From the human T2T-CHM13v2.0 reference genome, Homo sapiens: a stretch of 64,000 nucleotides of DNA. This document shows, one piece after another, positions 39,001 through 53,706 of the stretch. Location: the NCBI RefSeq assembly GCF_009914755.1, contig NC_060935.1; one strand, written 5' to 3'. Under the pieces are notes generated by a model. The model ran no database searches, was not told where the DNA came from, and saw only the letters and a list, made by a program, of their open reading frames with translations. Each line of letters begins with the position of its first letter. The stretch's first letter is position 1. The translations under genes were made by a program, and so were the position numbers.

Positions 39001-40850
39001 TCCTCCTGGAAAGGATCCTAGAAGTTAGTTCTGAACATCCCCACCTCCCAGATGCGGAGGTGAGGCTCTGGAGGTGAGGCGTCTGGCTCAGGCTTACGGC
39101 TGGCACAGGCAGATCCCCCACTGGTGGGAACGCAGTTGCAGGGGAACACACGGTCCTCTGAGGCTCTGCCCTTGGCCACAGCGCCCTCTCCTGGCCAGGG
39201 CACGTGCAAGCCCTTTCTCGGCTCTGCACCAGCCCAAACCTTCCTCCACTGGGGGCTTCTCCATCTCTCTTGTCCGGCCGCCTCCTTTCCTTCTCTCTAG
39301 AAAGCATGCCTGGGGGCTGGGGGGAGTGAAAGTAAAAGGAGTGATTTATGAACTGAGCTGTTCTTCTTAATCAGAGAGCCCCTCCTGGGCCCCTGCTCCG
39401 TGCAGATGGGGCTGAGCCGCCATCTGGGCGACAGGAGGGGCGAGATTAATAAAGCTGTCTGGCCCGGGCAGGGGTCCGCCGAGGAAAGCCCCGAGGCACT
39501 GCGTGACCTCGGTCCCATCTCTGTGCCTTTCTGGGCCTCAGGGCTCCCATCTGTCAAGGGATGGCCGGCCTGGGCCATCCCCAAGGGCCTCCAGCTGGCT
39601 CAGGGAAGAAGTTTAGCCAACTTCCTGGGCCTCTGTGCCTCGCTGCCTGGTTCAGGGAAGAGCAGCACCGGGCTGGAGACTTTGGAGACTGGGGCACGGC
39701 GCTTCCTGTCTCTGGTGCCACACCCCACGGATAGGTGTCGTATCAGGAGCTCTGGTTTGGGGTCCAGCTGACTTGGGGCTAAATCATAGCCATGTTTTGC
39801 TAACCAGGTAAATGAACTCAGACGAGTTAGTTACCCTGCCCACGCTTCAGTTTCCTCATCTGTAAAATGGGATAATAATAATACCCACCTCCTAGGTAAG
39901 GATTAAATAAGAGGACAGGTAGGAGAAAGGTATAGTGGAGTCTGGTACATGGTAAAACCTCAATCCTAGTAGTTATTAGGCTCAGTTACCACAAAATTGT
40001 GGCAATTTGTTAGAATTTGGGTCTGTTTAGGGGAAAGATGTTTGTATCCACGCTACCCAAGCCATGTGTCCATGGTTCTCCCCTATACCCTGCTCCATTC
40101 ATAACTGGTGAATGTGGGCTGGGCATCCACTTATTTCCAATATCTGATGCTGCTGATAATAATAGCTCCCATGGTACTGTGAATTCTTACAACCACCTTT
40201 GGCTTCCAAATTCATCATCACAGTTTTCCAAGGAGAACCTAGCACCTTGGAGAGGGGGGTGACTTTCCCAAGGTCTCCAGGGAGCTGGCCAAGGCAGAAA
40301 CCAACCCAGCCTCTGCAGAAGCATCAGTGATGGGGTGAGCATGGCAGGTGTCACTGGGCTGTCCTCTTCCAGGACAAATGAGCCAGTCAATAGGATGGGG
40401 GCTCACAGAGGACAAAGAAAAAAAGGGAAATGAAGTTAGTTCAGGGAAGTTGGGACACCACAAGGGGTGAGCCCATTCCCAGCCAGGGTACAGCATTCAA
40501 AGGGGCTGGAGCTCCCTGGTGGGGAGGAGGCAGGCAACCGCCAGACATTCCCCAGAGTTCAGCATCTCCTCCTTGTCTCTGGGTTGGCCTATGTCATCCA
40601 TGTTTCTCATATCAGCCTCAGTGTCCAGACGGAGATGAGGCAGGGAATGGTGATACAGGGGACCAGGACTGGGATGCAGCAGGAGAAGAGAAGCGGCAGG
40701 AAACCCATCACCCCGTCCTTGTTTCCCTGAGCCCTGGGGCTGGGCATGGGGTGCAGGCCCTGAACTACAAAGCTGGAAACAGCTTGAAATCTCCCGAGGA
40801 TGCTTGGCCTTGTCACTGGCATCTCCAGGCCTCAATTTCATTCTGTAAAA

Positions 40851-41840
40851 ACCACTCACCTGTGTGCCCATGCTTATTTGCACCTTGCACTCCCTGGCAC
40901 TTCCCCGGCACATAGTAGCAACTCAATGTACATCTACTCAGTGGATGGTAGATGGCTGACTGGGTGGATTGAGGGAGGAAGGGAGGGATGGGTAAATGGG
41001 GAGGAATCTTTCACCCACCACCCCTTCACTGACCCCAGTGAACCTGTGGTAGCCTGCCTCGTGGGCTATTGTGAGGATTCATTGTGATCACACAGGAAGA
41101 GAAAGCACTTTCTGTAAACGCCACTTTTGACTCTGACCCCTGAGTTTGGATTCCAGCCCCATCACTTACCAACAGTGTGATGTTGGACAAGTCAATTCTC
41201 TCTCTTTTCCCATTGGACTCAGTTTCCCCATTGTACTGTGGGGATGATGGTGTGATACCTACTTCATAGGGTTGTTCTGAGCATTTCATGGGCTCACGCA
41301 TGCCAGCACTGTACCCCAAGTGCACGGAGTACCTGAAGCTGGTGCACACAGATGGGGCAGGCAGTTGAAGGGCCTGTCACATATGTATGTTTAGGCCAAA
41401 TAGGGGTGCCAGCTCCCGGGGCTGTGGCCATGTCTCAGGAGGGAGGCCTCTTCTCCTGCCTTTCCATCTTCCCATCTCTACCTCTGCACTCCCCCAAGAC
41501 TAGCCTTCACCATCCCCTTCCCCACAGTTCCTCTCCCCTCTGCCCAGAGTTATGCCGGTGGAGTTAGTCCTCCCCACTGTGGGTTCCCCAGCCCTGCTGT
41601 TATCTGCCTCCTTGTCTCCTCCACGCTACCACCACCACCACCACCACTACCACCACTCACTTGTGTGCCCATGCTTATTTGCACCTCACACTCTCTGGCA
41701 CAGCCCCTGGCACATAGTAGCAACTCAGTGTACGTCTACTGAGTGGATGGTAGGTGGGTGAGTGGGTGGGTTGAGGGAGGAAGGGAGGGATGGGTAAATG
41801 GGGAGGAATCTTTCACCCACCACCCCTTCACTGACCCCAG
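40851..41840 (+). repeat. Direct repeat pair: 40851-41038 and 41652-41840
   Basis: Manual alignment: 13 substitutions plus 1 indel in the first ~118 bp, none in the last 70 bp. Confidence 0.95.
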
Positions 41841-43329
41841 GCAGGCTCGTACTTGGAGGGATTTTGGATAGACATGGATATCTCTCCCTTCCTTCCCTAG
41901 GAACACCCCCACAGCCCAGGCTTCCCCAGGTCCCAGGTCTTCCTGGGACTGTCCTCTAACCCAAAGTTTGAGCAGGAGCTGGCTGTGGAATTCCCCGCAG
42001 GAGTGATAGAACAGGAGTCTCCATATGGGCCTGTTTTGACTTCTGAAATCGAACCCTCATTTCCACTGCTGGGAGCTGGCCCTCTGAAGGAACCTTCTCA
42101 CAAATCCTTATGCAAAGCCAAGAAACACTTTCCAGCATCAAATCTCTCTCTCCTGAGAGTCTGGGTTTTGGGGGAGGAAGTTGATGAACAGGGCCCTGCT
42201 GGCACTCTCTCTGCTGAAGTATTGTGGATGCCTGGGTGGCATCCATGGATGCAGGTTACTCACACCCATCATCTCCTCCCAGGCCATCAGCCTCATGTGC
42301 AGCCGTGTCAGCATACATGAAGCCCATGCTAGAATCTGCAAGTCTATTAAAGATGTGCCTTCCAAGGCAGCACCTGCAAAGGCACCCAGGAGCTGCCATC
42401 TGGGCAGAAGGCCACTCCCCCGCTGGAGTGGCCTCAGGTGCTGAGAGCTTTTCATGAGCTCTAATGGGCCCAGATTAGCAGGACAGTTGCCCCGAGTGTG
42501 TGTATCTGGAGGGCGGGTTTTCATAAACAGCTCCTTTCATGGGGCTGCTCTTTATTGACTTCCTGTAGTAATTGAATATTTTCTCTTATTGGACAAGCTG
42601 GGCCGATAAAAGAAATATACACAAGCCTCGCTGACGGGAGAGTCTGTCCTGCTGATGCCCGAAGAACTGCCCAGGTGACACATTGGCAATAGCCTCTCCC
42701 TTCTCAGTGTACCTCTGCCCCATCACCTGACACGGTCCCATCTCCACTCTGATCCTTTCCAATCTGCCTGTTTGCCTCTGTGTCTCCTTTGGTCTTTCCC
42801 TCTCTTTCTGACTTGGCTTTGTGTATTTCTCTGATTTGCTGACTCCACTGTCTCTTTTTGCTCTTTTCCCACTATACATTCATTCATCTATTCATCCAGA
42901 TATATAATTGAGGACCCACTATGTGCCAGGCACTGCTCCAGACACTAGAAATAAGCCAGTGAACAAAACAAGTCCATGCCTTTATGAAACATGCATTCTA
43001 ATAAAGGCAGATGCATGCTCCCAAAATAAATAAGTAGCACATAGCGTATGTGCTGTACCCACAGGGCACTGGGCTGGGCTTCCAAGTTCATATCCATGAC
43101 TAATTAATTGGTTTTGGAACTTGGCCAAGCTCCTTTTCCCTCTCTCGGCCTCAGTTTTCTCATTTCCAAAATGAGGGTATTGGGCTAGATCGTGCTTCCC
43201 AACCTTTGACGATTAAGAACTTCTTTTATTGATATGCTGGTGATGTAAGTTACACAAGAGCTGGATCTAAGTCAGCACTTACACAAACAGTAGTGTCAGA
43301 AGTTTACCTGAAGTTCCCTTGAAATCCTT

Positions 43330-43742
43330 TGTCTTAGTGTGTTTTCTGTTGCTATGACTGAACACCTGAGACTGGATAATTTATAAAGAAAAGGCATTTA
43401 TTTCTTACAGTTCTGGAGGCTGGGAAGCCCAAGGTCAAGCAGCTGCACCTGATGAAGGCCATCTTGCTGCCGGGGGACTCTTTGCAGAGTTCTAAGGCGG
43501 TGCAGGGCATCACATGGCGAGGGGGCTGAGAATGCCAAAGTGGCTTTTATAACAGACCCACTCTCAGGATGACCAACCCACTCCTGTGATAACCCATTAA
43601 TCCATGAGTGGATTGATCCAGTCATGAGGGCAGAACCCTTGAGATCCGATCACCTCTTAAAGGCCCCACCTCTTCATTATGTTACATCTGGTATTAAGTT
43701 TCAATATGACTTTTGAATGTGTGTCACATTCAAACCATAGCA
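43330..43742 (-). mobile_element. MST-family (MSTC/D-like) MaLR solo LTR, antisense
   Basis: TGTCTTAGT...CAAACCATAGCA termini; 5-bp TSD TCCTT at 43325-43329 and 43743-43747. Confidence 0.9.
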
Positions 43743-45473
43743 TCCTTAAACACCTGGTTTTGTTTTACACGAAACAGTTGGCTGCATCTGAGGGTCATGT
43801 TGTATTAGACACCCATCTGTAAGCACAGGACCTTCCCATGGCCAGATGAGGGTTGCTGTGACAGGCACATGAACCTTCAGACCACAGGATCCACAGAGCA
43901 GATCCTGAGGCAGACGTCACATGGAAGGACAGGGAGACCACAGCACCTAAACTGCTCTCCAGTGCTTTCCGGGTACAAACAGGGAGTGGAATTCCCACTA
44001 AGTCAAGCTTGCCTCTGATGCTGACTCCTGCATTTCATCCCTCTGAGCCCCAGGATTTAAAGAATTTTATGCACCAAATAGCATGTTCGTTTTTGTTCTG
44101 CAAAGTCATACAGACATGGTGGCCAGATATTCTGAACAACCCAATAAACAAGGTCCCCACCTGGGGGTAGTCTAATTGCTCCAAAACCCAAGACACTTGC
44201 CCCTTGAGTCAGCCCATGGTGAGAGGTTGATGTCTGAGATGTTATTTGAAATATTGAAAATAACTTTAGGATGTTGCTAGTCTCAGGAACCCAGTTTGAG
44301 CACCATTGAACACAGTCACTCTCCCTGCTTCAAAATCCTCCACCCCAGAGTCCTCCCCTCTCCTGAGGCTGAAGCTGATGTGCCTGGTGTCTAGGAGAGC
44401 AGCTGGGAGGAGCCACCTTGTGGCGGGGCAGGAGGGAGGAACAGAGCCCAGAGCCAGGATGGAGCCACCATGTGTCAAGTGCTGTATGAGGGACTGTACC
44501 TCTATGATACCATTTCATGCTCAGCACAATTTCTAGAGGAAGTCAGCATTCCTGTCCCCATTTTGCAGGCATGAAAGAAAAGGCCTGGAAAGGTTATGTA
44601 GTTCACCCATAGTCATGAGGCAAGAAAGTGATAGGCCGGGTCCCACCTGACCCTACAGGCCCCACCCACACTGCTACCCTCCCTTCAGGGACCCTTTAGC
44701 TCAGGGAAATTGGGAGACTTTGATGGGCCTCCCACCACTGGCCCCAGGGAGGGCATCATGTCCCACAGCAGACAGGCCCACCATCTCCTTTCTAAGTGCC
44801 GCTTTTTTGAGCAATAACAAAGCTCTTGGACCTCATAGTCTCAATTTTCTTCTCGCCCCACCCTCCAGAGATTCTCCATGGTTTCCCTCCCTTTAGAAGT
44901 AAGTTAGGAAACTGTGCCGTGAAGTTAACTTCTAGAAGTCATCCATGGATGGGTGGAGCTAACAGCCAGGCAGGGATTGGAGGTCCCATGTGTCTGTCAC
45001 TCTAGTCTGACCAATTGGCTGTGGAGGTGTGTCCCCACATTCAGTAGGCCTCTATAGGGGATGGAGCAGGCAAGCCCTGGTCTCTAGGCTTCAGCCTGGC
45101 GGTGGGTGATGGCCTGGGAGGCTGTCCCTGCTGGAGAATAATGGGAGATCAAATGGCATAGGTGGTGTGAAGACAGGTCTGCACTTTGGAGGAGGATGGA
45201 TGAATGGGGCAAGGGAATTCTCATTCATTGAGAATGCTGATTAGGAGTTGTGGCCCCAGATTAAGACAGGCGTGGGTTCAAATTCTGGCTCAGGCACTTC
45301 TGTACTGTGTGACCTTAGACAAGTGATTCCACCTCTCCGAGCCTCAGTTCCCTCCTCTGAAAAATAGAATGACATTACCTACTTCCCAGAGCTTTACAAG
45401 GATTCAATGAAATTGTGTGTGTTCCCTGGCACATAGTAAGAACTCAGTGTATGCCAGTGGTTACTATTATTAG

Positions 45474-45836
<363 letters not shown>

Positions 45837-48800
45837 GAGGAAGGCATTGTTTTTATCCTGACTTTACAGAGAAGGAATTCAGTTGTATGCAGTTTAGTAA
45901 CTTGCCCCACCAGCTAAGCTTGGCAGAGCTGGGACACAATCCCCTGTTGGGCACCAAAGCCCTCTTTTTACTCATCCACCCTGCTCTGAAACTGGAACCC
46001 GGGCCTCCATATTCTTCACCGGCCCCCAGGCTCACATCATCTATTTTCCTACCTGACTCACCTTTGAGGTTGTGGGAGGCTCTTCCCAGGAGACATGTCT
46101 CCTTTGATTGCATTTGTCTGGGAGCCCAGCACTCCGCAAGCCCGGGCCATGAGATGTAATCTGCAATGAATGTGGTACACAATAAATACAGGTAGTCCGT
46201 TTATGAGCTGCCATATTTATTACACCCCTTAATTGCTAAAGAGCCAGAGCCGGCTGAAGCTGGATCCTACCCTGGAGAGAAGCTCTGCCTGGGTGGGCAG
46301 AGGGAGGGATGGCAGAGCCTGGCCTCCTGCACAGGACTACTCAGCCTCTCGCTGTTGTGGCTGCTCTGCCTCCAAAGGCCCATTCATCCAAGTCAGGGCC
46401 TGGCAGAGGAAACAGTCAGGCCATCAGATTCCTGCTCTGCCATTTGACACAAGAAGGCACTGAGGCCAGAGACAGAAAGTGATTTGCCCAAGGTCACACA
46501 ACAGTGACTTACAGAGCAGAAGCCTGGGCTCCAGACTCCTAGGCCAGTGCTCCTTGTGCCCAACTCTCTGCTTGAACATCTGCTCCTGGATCAGGTAGAG
46601 CACAGGATGTGGAGTTGGGTGAGTGGTGTTTTTGAAGCCCAGTCTGTGCATACAAGCTGTGTGATACTGGCCAGGTTACTTGACCCCTCTGAGCTTCAGT
46701 GTCCTCTTCTGTAAAATGGGCATAGTACGTCCTGCTTTAGGGGCTTGTTGAGAGATTAAAGGCAGTCAGTTCTGCGGAGTTGGCATGTGACTGGCCATGA
46801 GTCAGTGCTCAATAAATGTTCTTTCCTATCCTCTTTTCCCTTTCCAAAGGGCACAGGGTGACTGAAGATGCACGGAGCTGAAGTCAGCCAAGAGCTGAAA
46901 GGAGAGATGGGTCAGAATAGAAAGCTCCGGGGTGCAAGGCATTGTCCTGGGTTTATGGTCTAACAGGGAACAGCAGGCCTATGAGTAACCTATGAAGGCA
47001 GAGTTAGGTGTAGACGTGATAAGAGCTGTCCATCCTGCTCTGTGCAGGTACAGCGGGGAGCCCTTTACACTGGATGTTTTTATAGGTGAAGAAACTGAAG
47101 TTCCAAGAGGCTAAGTCACTTGCCCAAAGACACAGAGGTAGAAAAGGTGATGGGCTGGGATTCGAACCCAGTTGTGTCTGACTTCAGAGCCCATGCTTAG
47201 GACCATGCTGGTTGGATGCAGGTTAGATGTTCCTTCTAGAAAGTCAGGGATGATGTGAGGGATGTAGCTGGCAAGCTGGCCTGGAAATGGTATCCTGGGG
47301 GACCGTTCTGTAGGAAGAGAGCCTGGGCTTGGTGACGAAGGAAGAGCCAAAGGCCCCACAGTCAGTGATGATGGTTGAGATGCTTAACAGCCAGTATGCA
47401 CTGGCATGAACCAACCAGAAGAGATGCTGGCCAGACAGCAGGACAGCCATCCCTATGGGTCCCCACTGAATCTCAGCCCTGCCCACTGCCCTCTGGGAGG
47501 GCAGGGCCTGGAGAAAAGGAAGGGATAGGTTGTCCTGGTGCCTCCCATCCCAGGCAGGCACCAAAGCAGGCAGCTCTAGGCTTTCAGGCCTCAGGAAGAC
47601 CTGAGGAGAGAAGGGTGAGCAAGCGGGGCATTAGGGGGGCCTGTCCTGGGCTGTCCTCACCCAGGAGAGGGTACAACAGAGAGAGGAAACGGAGCACAGG
47701 AGAACACGACTGTGGGTTTGAATCCTTGTTGCTCCACTTTCTAGCTGTTGGAGGCGAGGAGGATACGAATGACTGGAAGCATGCCTTAGCCCAGCACCAG
47801 GCTTCCTTCACACTGCTGAATTAACACTCCCTATGTGGAGGGTTTTACTCAGTCCAAACCAAGTGCAACCCTACTGTGTCCCAGGAGGGCACAGCCATGA
47901 TTCTGCTCCTCTGGGATTCACCAGGAACGCTGGCTGATGATGTTATGGTATATATTTTGGTGGGGGCAGTGGTAGATGTCAGCAGAAGCCGTGGGATATT
48001 ATACTAGGGGAAGGCACTGAGCTTGGCTTGATGGGGGCAGGAGGGGGGAATCAGGGAAGGCTTCCTGGCGGAGGTGATGCCTGTGACGAGTCTTAAAGGA
48101 TGAATAGGAATTAAGTGGGACTGGCATAGTTGGAAAGGCAATCCAAACAGAAGGGATCAGCATGAGCAGAGGCACCAAGTAAGCGTCAGGGACATACCTC
48201 TGGGGGACTCTCCTTTGATGGTGGTGATAGGAAAGTCAGGGAGGAATAACAAGAGGTGGCGATGGTGAGTCTTGGAGGTCCTGTGGTCTGTAGGAGGCAG
48301 CTTGGTCTCCTGTAGAGGTTGGGTTCCAGCAAGAGAGGGCTGTGGTGACATGTGCTTTCTGGAAAGCTCCTTCTGGCAGCAGGGAAGCACTGGATTGAAG
48401 GGGAGGTAGGGAGGCCAGTCCCAGCCCAGAGGCTGCAGCCATGTCTGGATGAGAGAGAAGGCCAGGAGCAGGGCTGAGGCTGGAGATGTTTCAGAGACCC
48501 CTGTGATAGAGAGGATGATGTCATCCGATTTTACCTCCAAAGGCAGATGGCATGTCTTGAATTCAGGCCATGCTCACTGAAGTAAAGACAAATCCGCCCC
48601 CCACCCCATCACACACACACCATCCTTTGTCCTTCCAAGCTGGATTGCCTGGGTTCCAATCTTGGCTTCACCACTCACTAGCTGTGACCTCAGACAAGTC
48701 ACCTCGCCTCTGTCTGACTCAGTTTCCACCTCTGGAAAATAAGGATAATAAGAGTATTAATCTCATGGGTTGTTATGAGTTAGTAAATGTAAAGTATCAG

Positions 48801-51257
48801 GACGGAGCTGGCACATAGTAAATGCTCAATAAATAGTATTATTTGTAGGGGTGGAGACTTGGGTGGATGATCTCAGGAAAACCCTGATTTCCCATTACCC
48901 CAACACAATTTAAGAGAAACCCTTGGGGCACTGTTGGAAGGACAAAGGCTTGGAGCCTGGAGTCCCTGGGTCAGGTTCACCCCATGATTTTTTCCCTTGC
49001 ATTCCTCACCAGGTAACTTGGTGCCTCAGTTTCCCCTTCCTAGTAAGAGAAGAAGGAGGATGTCCCAGGTGGGCTCTGAGTGTCTTCCCCTCCTGACTTT
49101 GATGCTGAGTGGCCCCGCCTGTGCCTCCCCTGCTCAGCATTTTTCCAAGTTGCAATAGGGACCAGTAGAGCAGCAAGGAGGAGGTGTCCCTTTAGGGAGG
49201 AAAGCCCTCCGGCCCCAGGGCCAGTGCCGAATCCAAAGCCGATGTGCCTGTCAGACCTTCCTCTTGGGCTCCAGGCACCTTAGCCATGTCTGCCTGGCCA
49301 AGCTCAGCTGGTGGACAGACATCTGGCACCTTGGCAGAAACAACGAGAGGAGGGACGCAAGGCACCACCCCTGAGACCAGGAACCTTTCCTGTGTCCACT
49401 CCCCACCAGCTGGCTCTGTCTGTGCTCCTCTCTCCATGGATTCAAATGCACTTAAAAACAAACAAACAAACAAACAAAAACACCTCTAGCTCAGACCAAA
49501 ATGCAGCCTGGAGTGGTGCTGTCATCACTGATTAGGAGAGGGGTGGAGTGGCCCAGCAGGTGAGAGGCAGGCACCGCTCTGCTCCATCTGTTCCTTATGA
49601 TACGAGGGTGCTGGTCTGGCTGCTGAGGAGAGTGTTGGATTGTGGTTTTGGGCGAGGGCGAGGAGGGGACAGAGTTGCTGAGGCCTATTATGTGCCATGG
49701 GCCTTGTCAGTGCTTCCTACAAGCTGTGTGGCCTTGGACAAATCCCTTAACCCTTCTGAGGGCTGGGCTGATGGAAGGATGTGTGGTCATCAGAGTACAT
49801 ACCTCCTTGGTGGTTACAAGGATTAAACGAGATAATATGCGCAAAACCCTGGGCACAGTGCTGGATCCCCAAACAGTGGCTACGATTATTACTGTTTTCC
49901 TGACTTCATTTTAAATTGATGAATAATAATTGTATATGTTTATGGAGTCCAATGTGATGCTTTGATACACATTTTACTATTATTAATATTAATAATAAGC
50001 CTCCCAGAAACCCTTTGAGTCAGACTTAGCAACCTTATTTTGTGGAAGAAGAAGATAGAGTACAGCCATGTCCTGTGGGAGGAAGCGGGAGCTGCAGAAA
50101 GTAATCAGACACCATCTCCCCTACATCCATCCACACCCCAACACATATTCCCAGAACCCTTTGCACTGAGTCCTGTCATGGAGGTACAAACCCCCTGCTG
50201 GAAGCACCTGCAGTGCCGGCAGCTCAGGACTGGCTTGAGTTCTGGCCCTTCCCCTTACTAGCTGTGGGACATCGGACATGTCGTTTTCATTCTGAGTCTC
50301 GGTTTCCCCACCTGTCTCATGGATCTCTAATCCCTGCCCTGAGTCTCTCCTCAGAGCCGTTATGAAGAAAATGTGAAAATAACGAATATGGAATGTAAAC
50401 ATGTCTTGTGCACCTTGAGGTCTGACTCATGAGAGCAGATGCTGTCAGTTTCCCCTGGGGGATGGGGGACATTTGCATCTCAGTGCAGCCCCGGCTGTGC
50501 CTGGCAAGCAGCGGATGCTCAATCAATGTTGGCTGAATGGAATTGTGTTCAATGACTTGCTGCCATGGGTATACTTTTAGGTGAAGACAGGAAGGGCTCC
50601 CAGGGAGGTGGGATGCTAGAGGTCTCAGAGTAGAGGTAGCCAAGGCTCAGGGAGGCTTTGGCCCCAGAAGCAGGTTTTAGATCCCCAGGTAGGCTGCTCT
50701 CCTTTTCCCTGCAACACCCCATCTCGCTGGCACCAAGCAACCGCCCTGGTCTGTTCTGTGGCTGGAGGGTGTGTGGGTTGGTGGGAAGTTTGTCAGGCCT
50801 GGCTTCTGGTCCAGGCTCTGGGCCTTGGTTTTCTCATCTATGAAATGGCCAGCTCACACCTGCAGTAGAGCAACAACGTGAAGCGGGACTGCTGAGCACT
50901 TACCACGTGCCCGACGATGTGCTAAGCATGTTACTGTGGGATTTCAGTTCATCTTCACAACACTGCTAGGAGGAAGGTTCTGTTCCTAATCTCCGCTTTA
51001 AAGTCAGAGAGAGCAAGACTCAGAGAGGTAGAGTAATTTGCCCAAGGTCACATAGCGAATGAAAGCTAGAGCCAAGGCTGAAACCCAGGCAGGCTGGCTC
51101 CAGCATGCTCATCTCTATCATCGGCCTCCATCTTCTTCCAGCCTTTGCAAGGGTGGGGCTGGCTGCGGGGAACCCCTGGGGAGGGGCTGGGGTTCTTCCT
51201 GGGTGGGGTCCCCCATCGGGAAGACTGAGGTGGCCTTGTATTTCTAGGTGGAGCACC

Positions 51258-51320
51258 ATGGAAGGCGACTGTCTGAGCTGCATGAAGTATCTGATGTTTG
51301 TATTCAATTTCTTCATATTT
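51258..51320 (+). CDS. TSPAN18: TSPAN18 first coding exon (exon begins 51248): [21 protein letters not shown], residues 1-21, N-tail and start of TM1
   Basis: Acceptor ttgtatttctAG|GTGGAGCACC, strong Kozak ACCATGG, donor TTT|GTAAGT at 51321. 63 nt, phase 0. Tetraspanin N-terminal signature (C..C.KY..F.FN..F) with juxtamembrane cysteines. Confidence 0.96.
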
Positions 51321-52383
51321 GTAAGTATTCCTGGGTCTTCCCAGGCCTCTGCTGGGTGGGCAGAACTGGCTGCTGCTTTGAAATAGTCACACTGGGCTGA
51401 GTCCCTGGGGCGAGCACAGGGGCCAGCGCTAGAGGCAGGGGTACCTGCCAGCCAGGCTTTCATGGAAGGGGGCCCCCAGCAGTGCCCACCCCACTCTGAA
51501 GAGCCCACCTTCTTAGGAGAGACATTTTACACAGGCCCTGGGGTGGGTCAGCCCCTCTCAAAAAGGTGGAGGGGACCTAGGTCCGGCCACTGTCTTGGGA
51601 TCTGACCCCTCGTGGAGAGTGGGAAAGGAGGGGATGGGGGTGATCAGAGGGCAGCAAGAGGGAGCCCCACCCAACCTTATCTCCCTGAGCAGTTGACGGA
51701 CTTCAGACCTGGAGGGGCTGAGTCCATGTAGCCACCGGATATAATCAGAAACCTCTCTGGGAATGCAAGACCTGCATTCAAATTCCAGTGCTGCATCTTA
51801 GCAGCTTGTGATTTGAGACACATTTCACCTCTCTGAACCTCAGTATCTTCATCTCTTAATGACCTTCCTCAACAGGCTTTTTGAAAATTAAGCAAGATTA
51901 GTTTACAAAGTACCCTGGATGTGGGCAGTCCTCAATAGCTTAGCTCCATTTCCATCTAGCCTATGGATTCTGTATATGAAGGGACAGAGCCCCGGACATT
52001 CAGGTGGCCGGCCCACCTGCTGGCGGCCCACCCACATGCTGAGCCCACCCACCTGCTGGTGACCCACTGAAGGCTCTGCTCAGACTCATGGCCCCTCCCA
52101 GGAGTAGAGCTGTGGCCCTGGATTCTTGGGCCCCCACAGGCTTTCCTGGTCCAGCCTCAGGCTTTGATCTTAGTACAGCCAAGACCTGGGTGAATAAACC
52201 TCCACTCATGTCCTTCAGGGCAGGCTCTTGAAAGAGGGGTCCTCTTTCTGGCCAGGACTGACCGTCTGTCTCTCTCAGTGTCTATCTTTCCCTCTCTATC
52301 TCTACCTCTATATCTTTGTGTCTTTTTAAAAAATATACACTTCAGCAACTCTCTTAGCTTCTCTTCCCTGCCTTATAATCCTA

Positions 52384-53038
<655 letters not shown>

Positions 53039-53268
53039 CTAAGGTCGCCTACAAATGCCCCTTGCCCAAAGCCATCAGCTCTCTTCAGCTTGCAGTCCTG
53101 CTCAGCCAAGCCAAAGCCCAGCAGTTTTCCTGTCACCCAGCTGTCAACCCTCACACAGGCCTCTTGGGCCTCCGGTCCTCCCACCACACAAAGGGATTTC
53201 AAATACTTTACAGCCCGCAAATCCCATGGTGCCAAACTTTGGTTCTTCCCACAACAGATCTGCTTCTA

Positions 53269-53586
<318 letters not shown>

Positions 53587-53642
53587 GAAAGAAAGAGAGA
53601 GAGAAAGGAGAAAGGAAAGAAAGAAAGAAAGAAAGGAAAGGA

Positions 53643-53706
<64 letters not shown>
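53587..53706. repeat. (GAAA)n homopurine STR derived from an Alu tail
   Basis: About 120 nt of only A and G; pure GAAA from about 53641. Confidence 0.95.

Noticed and set aside
33691-43742. THE1 and MST LTRs as the two ends of one provirus
   Set aside because: They belong to different families, lie in opposite orientations, and each has its own 5-bp TSD, so both are solo LTRs.
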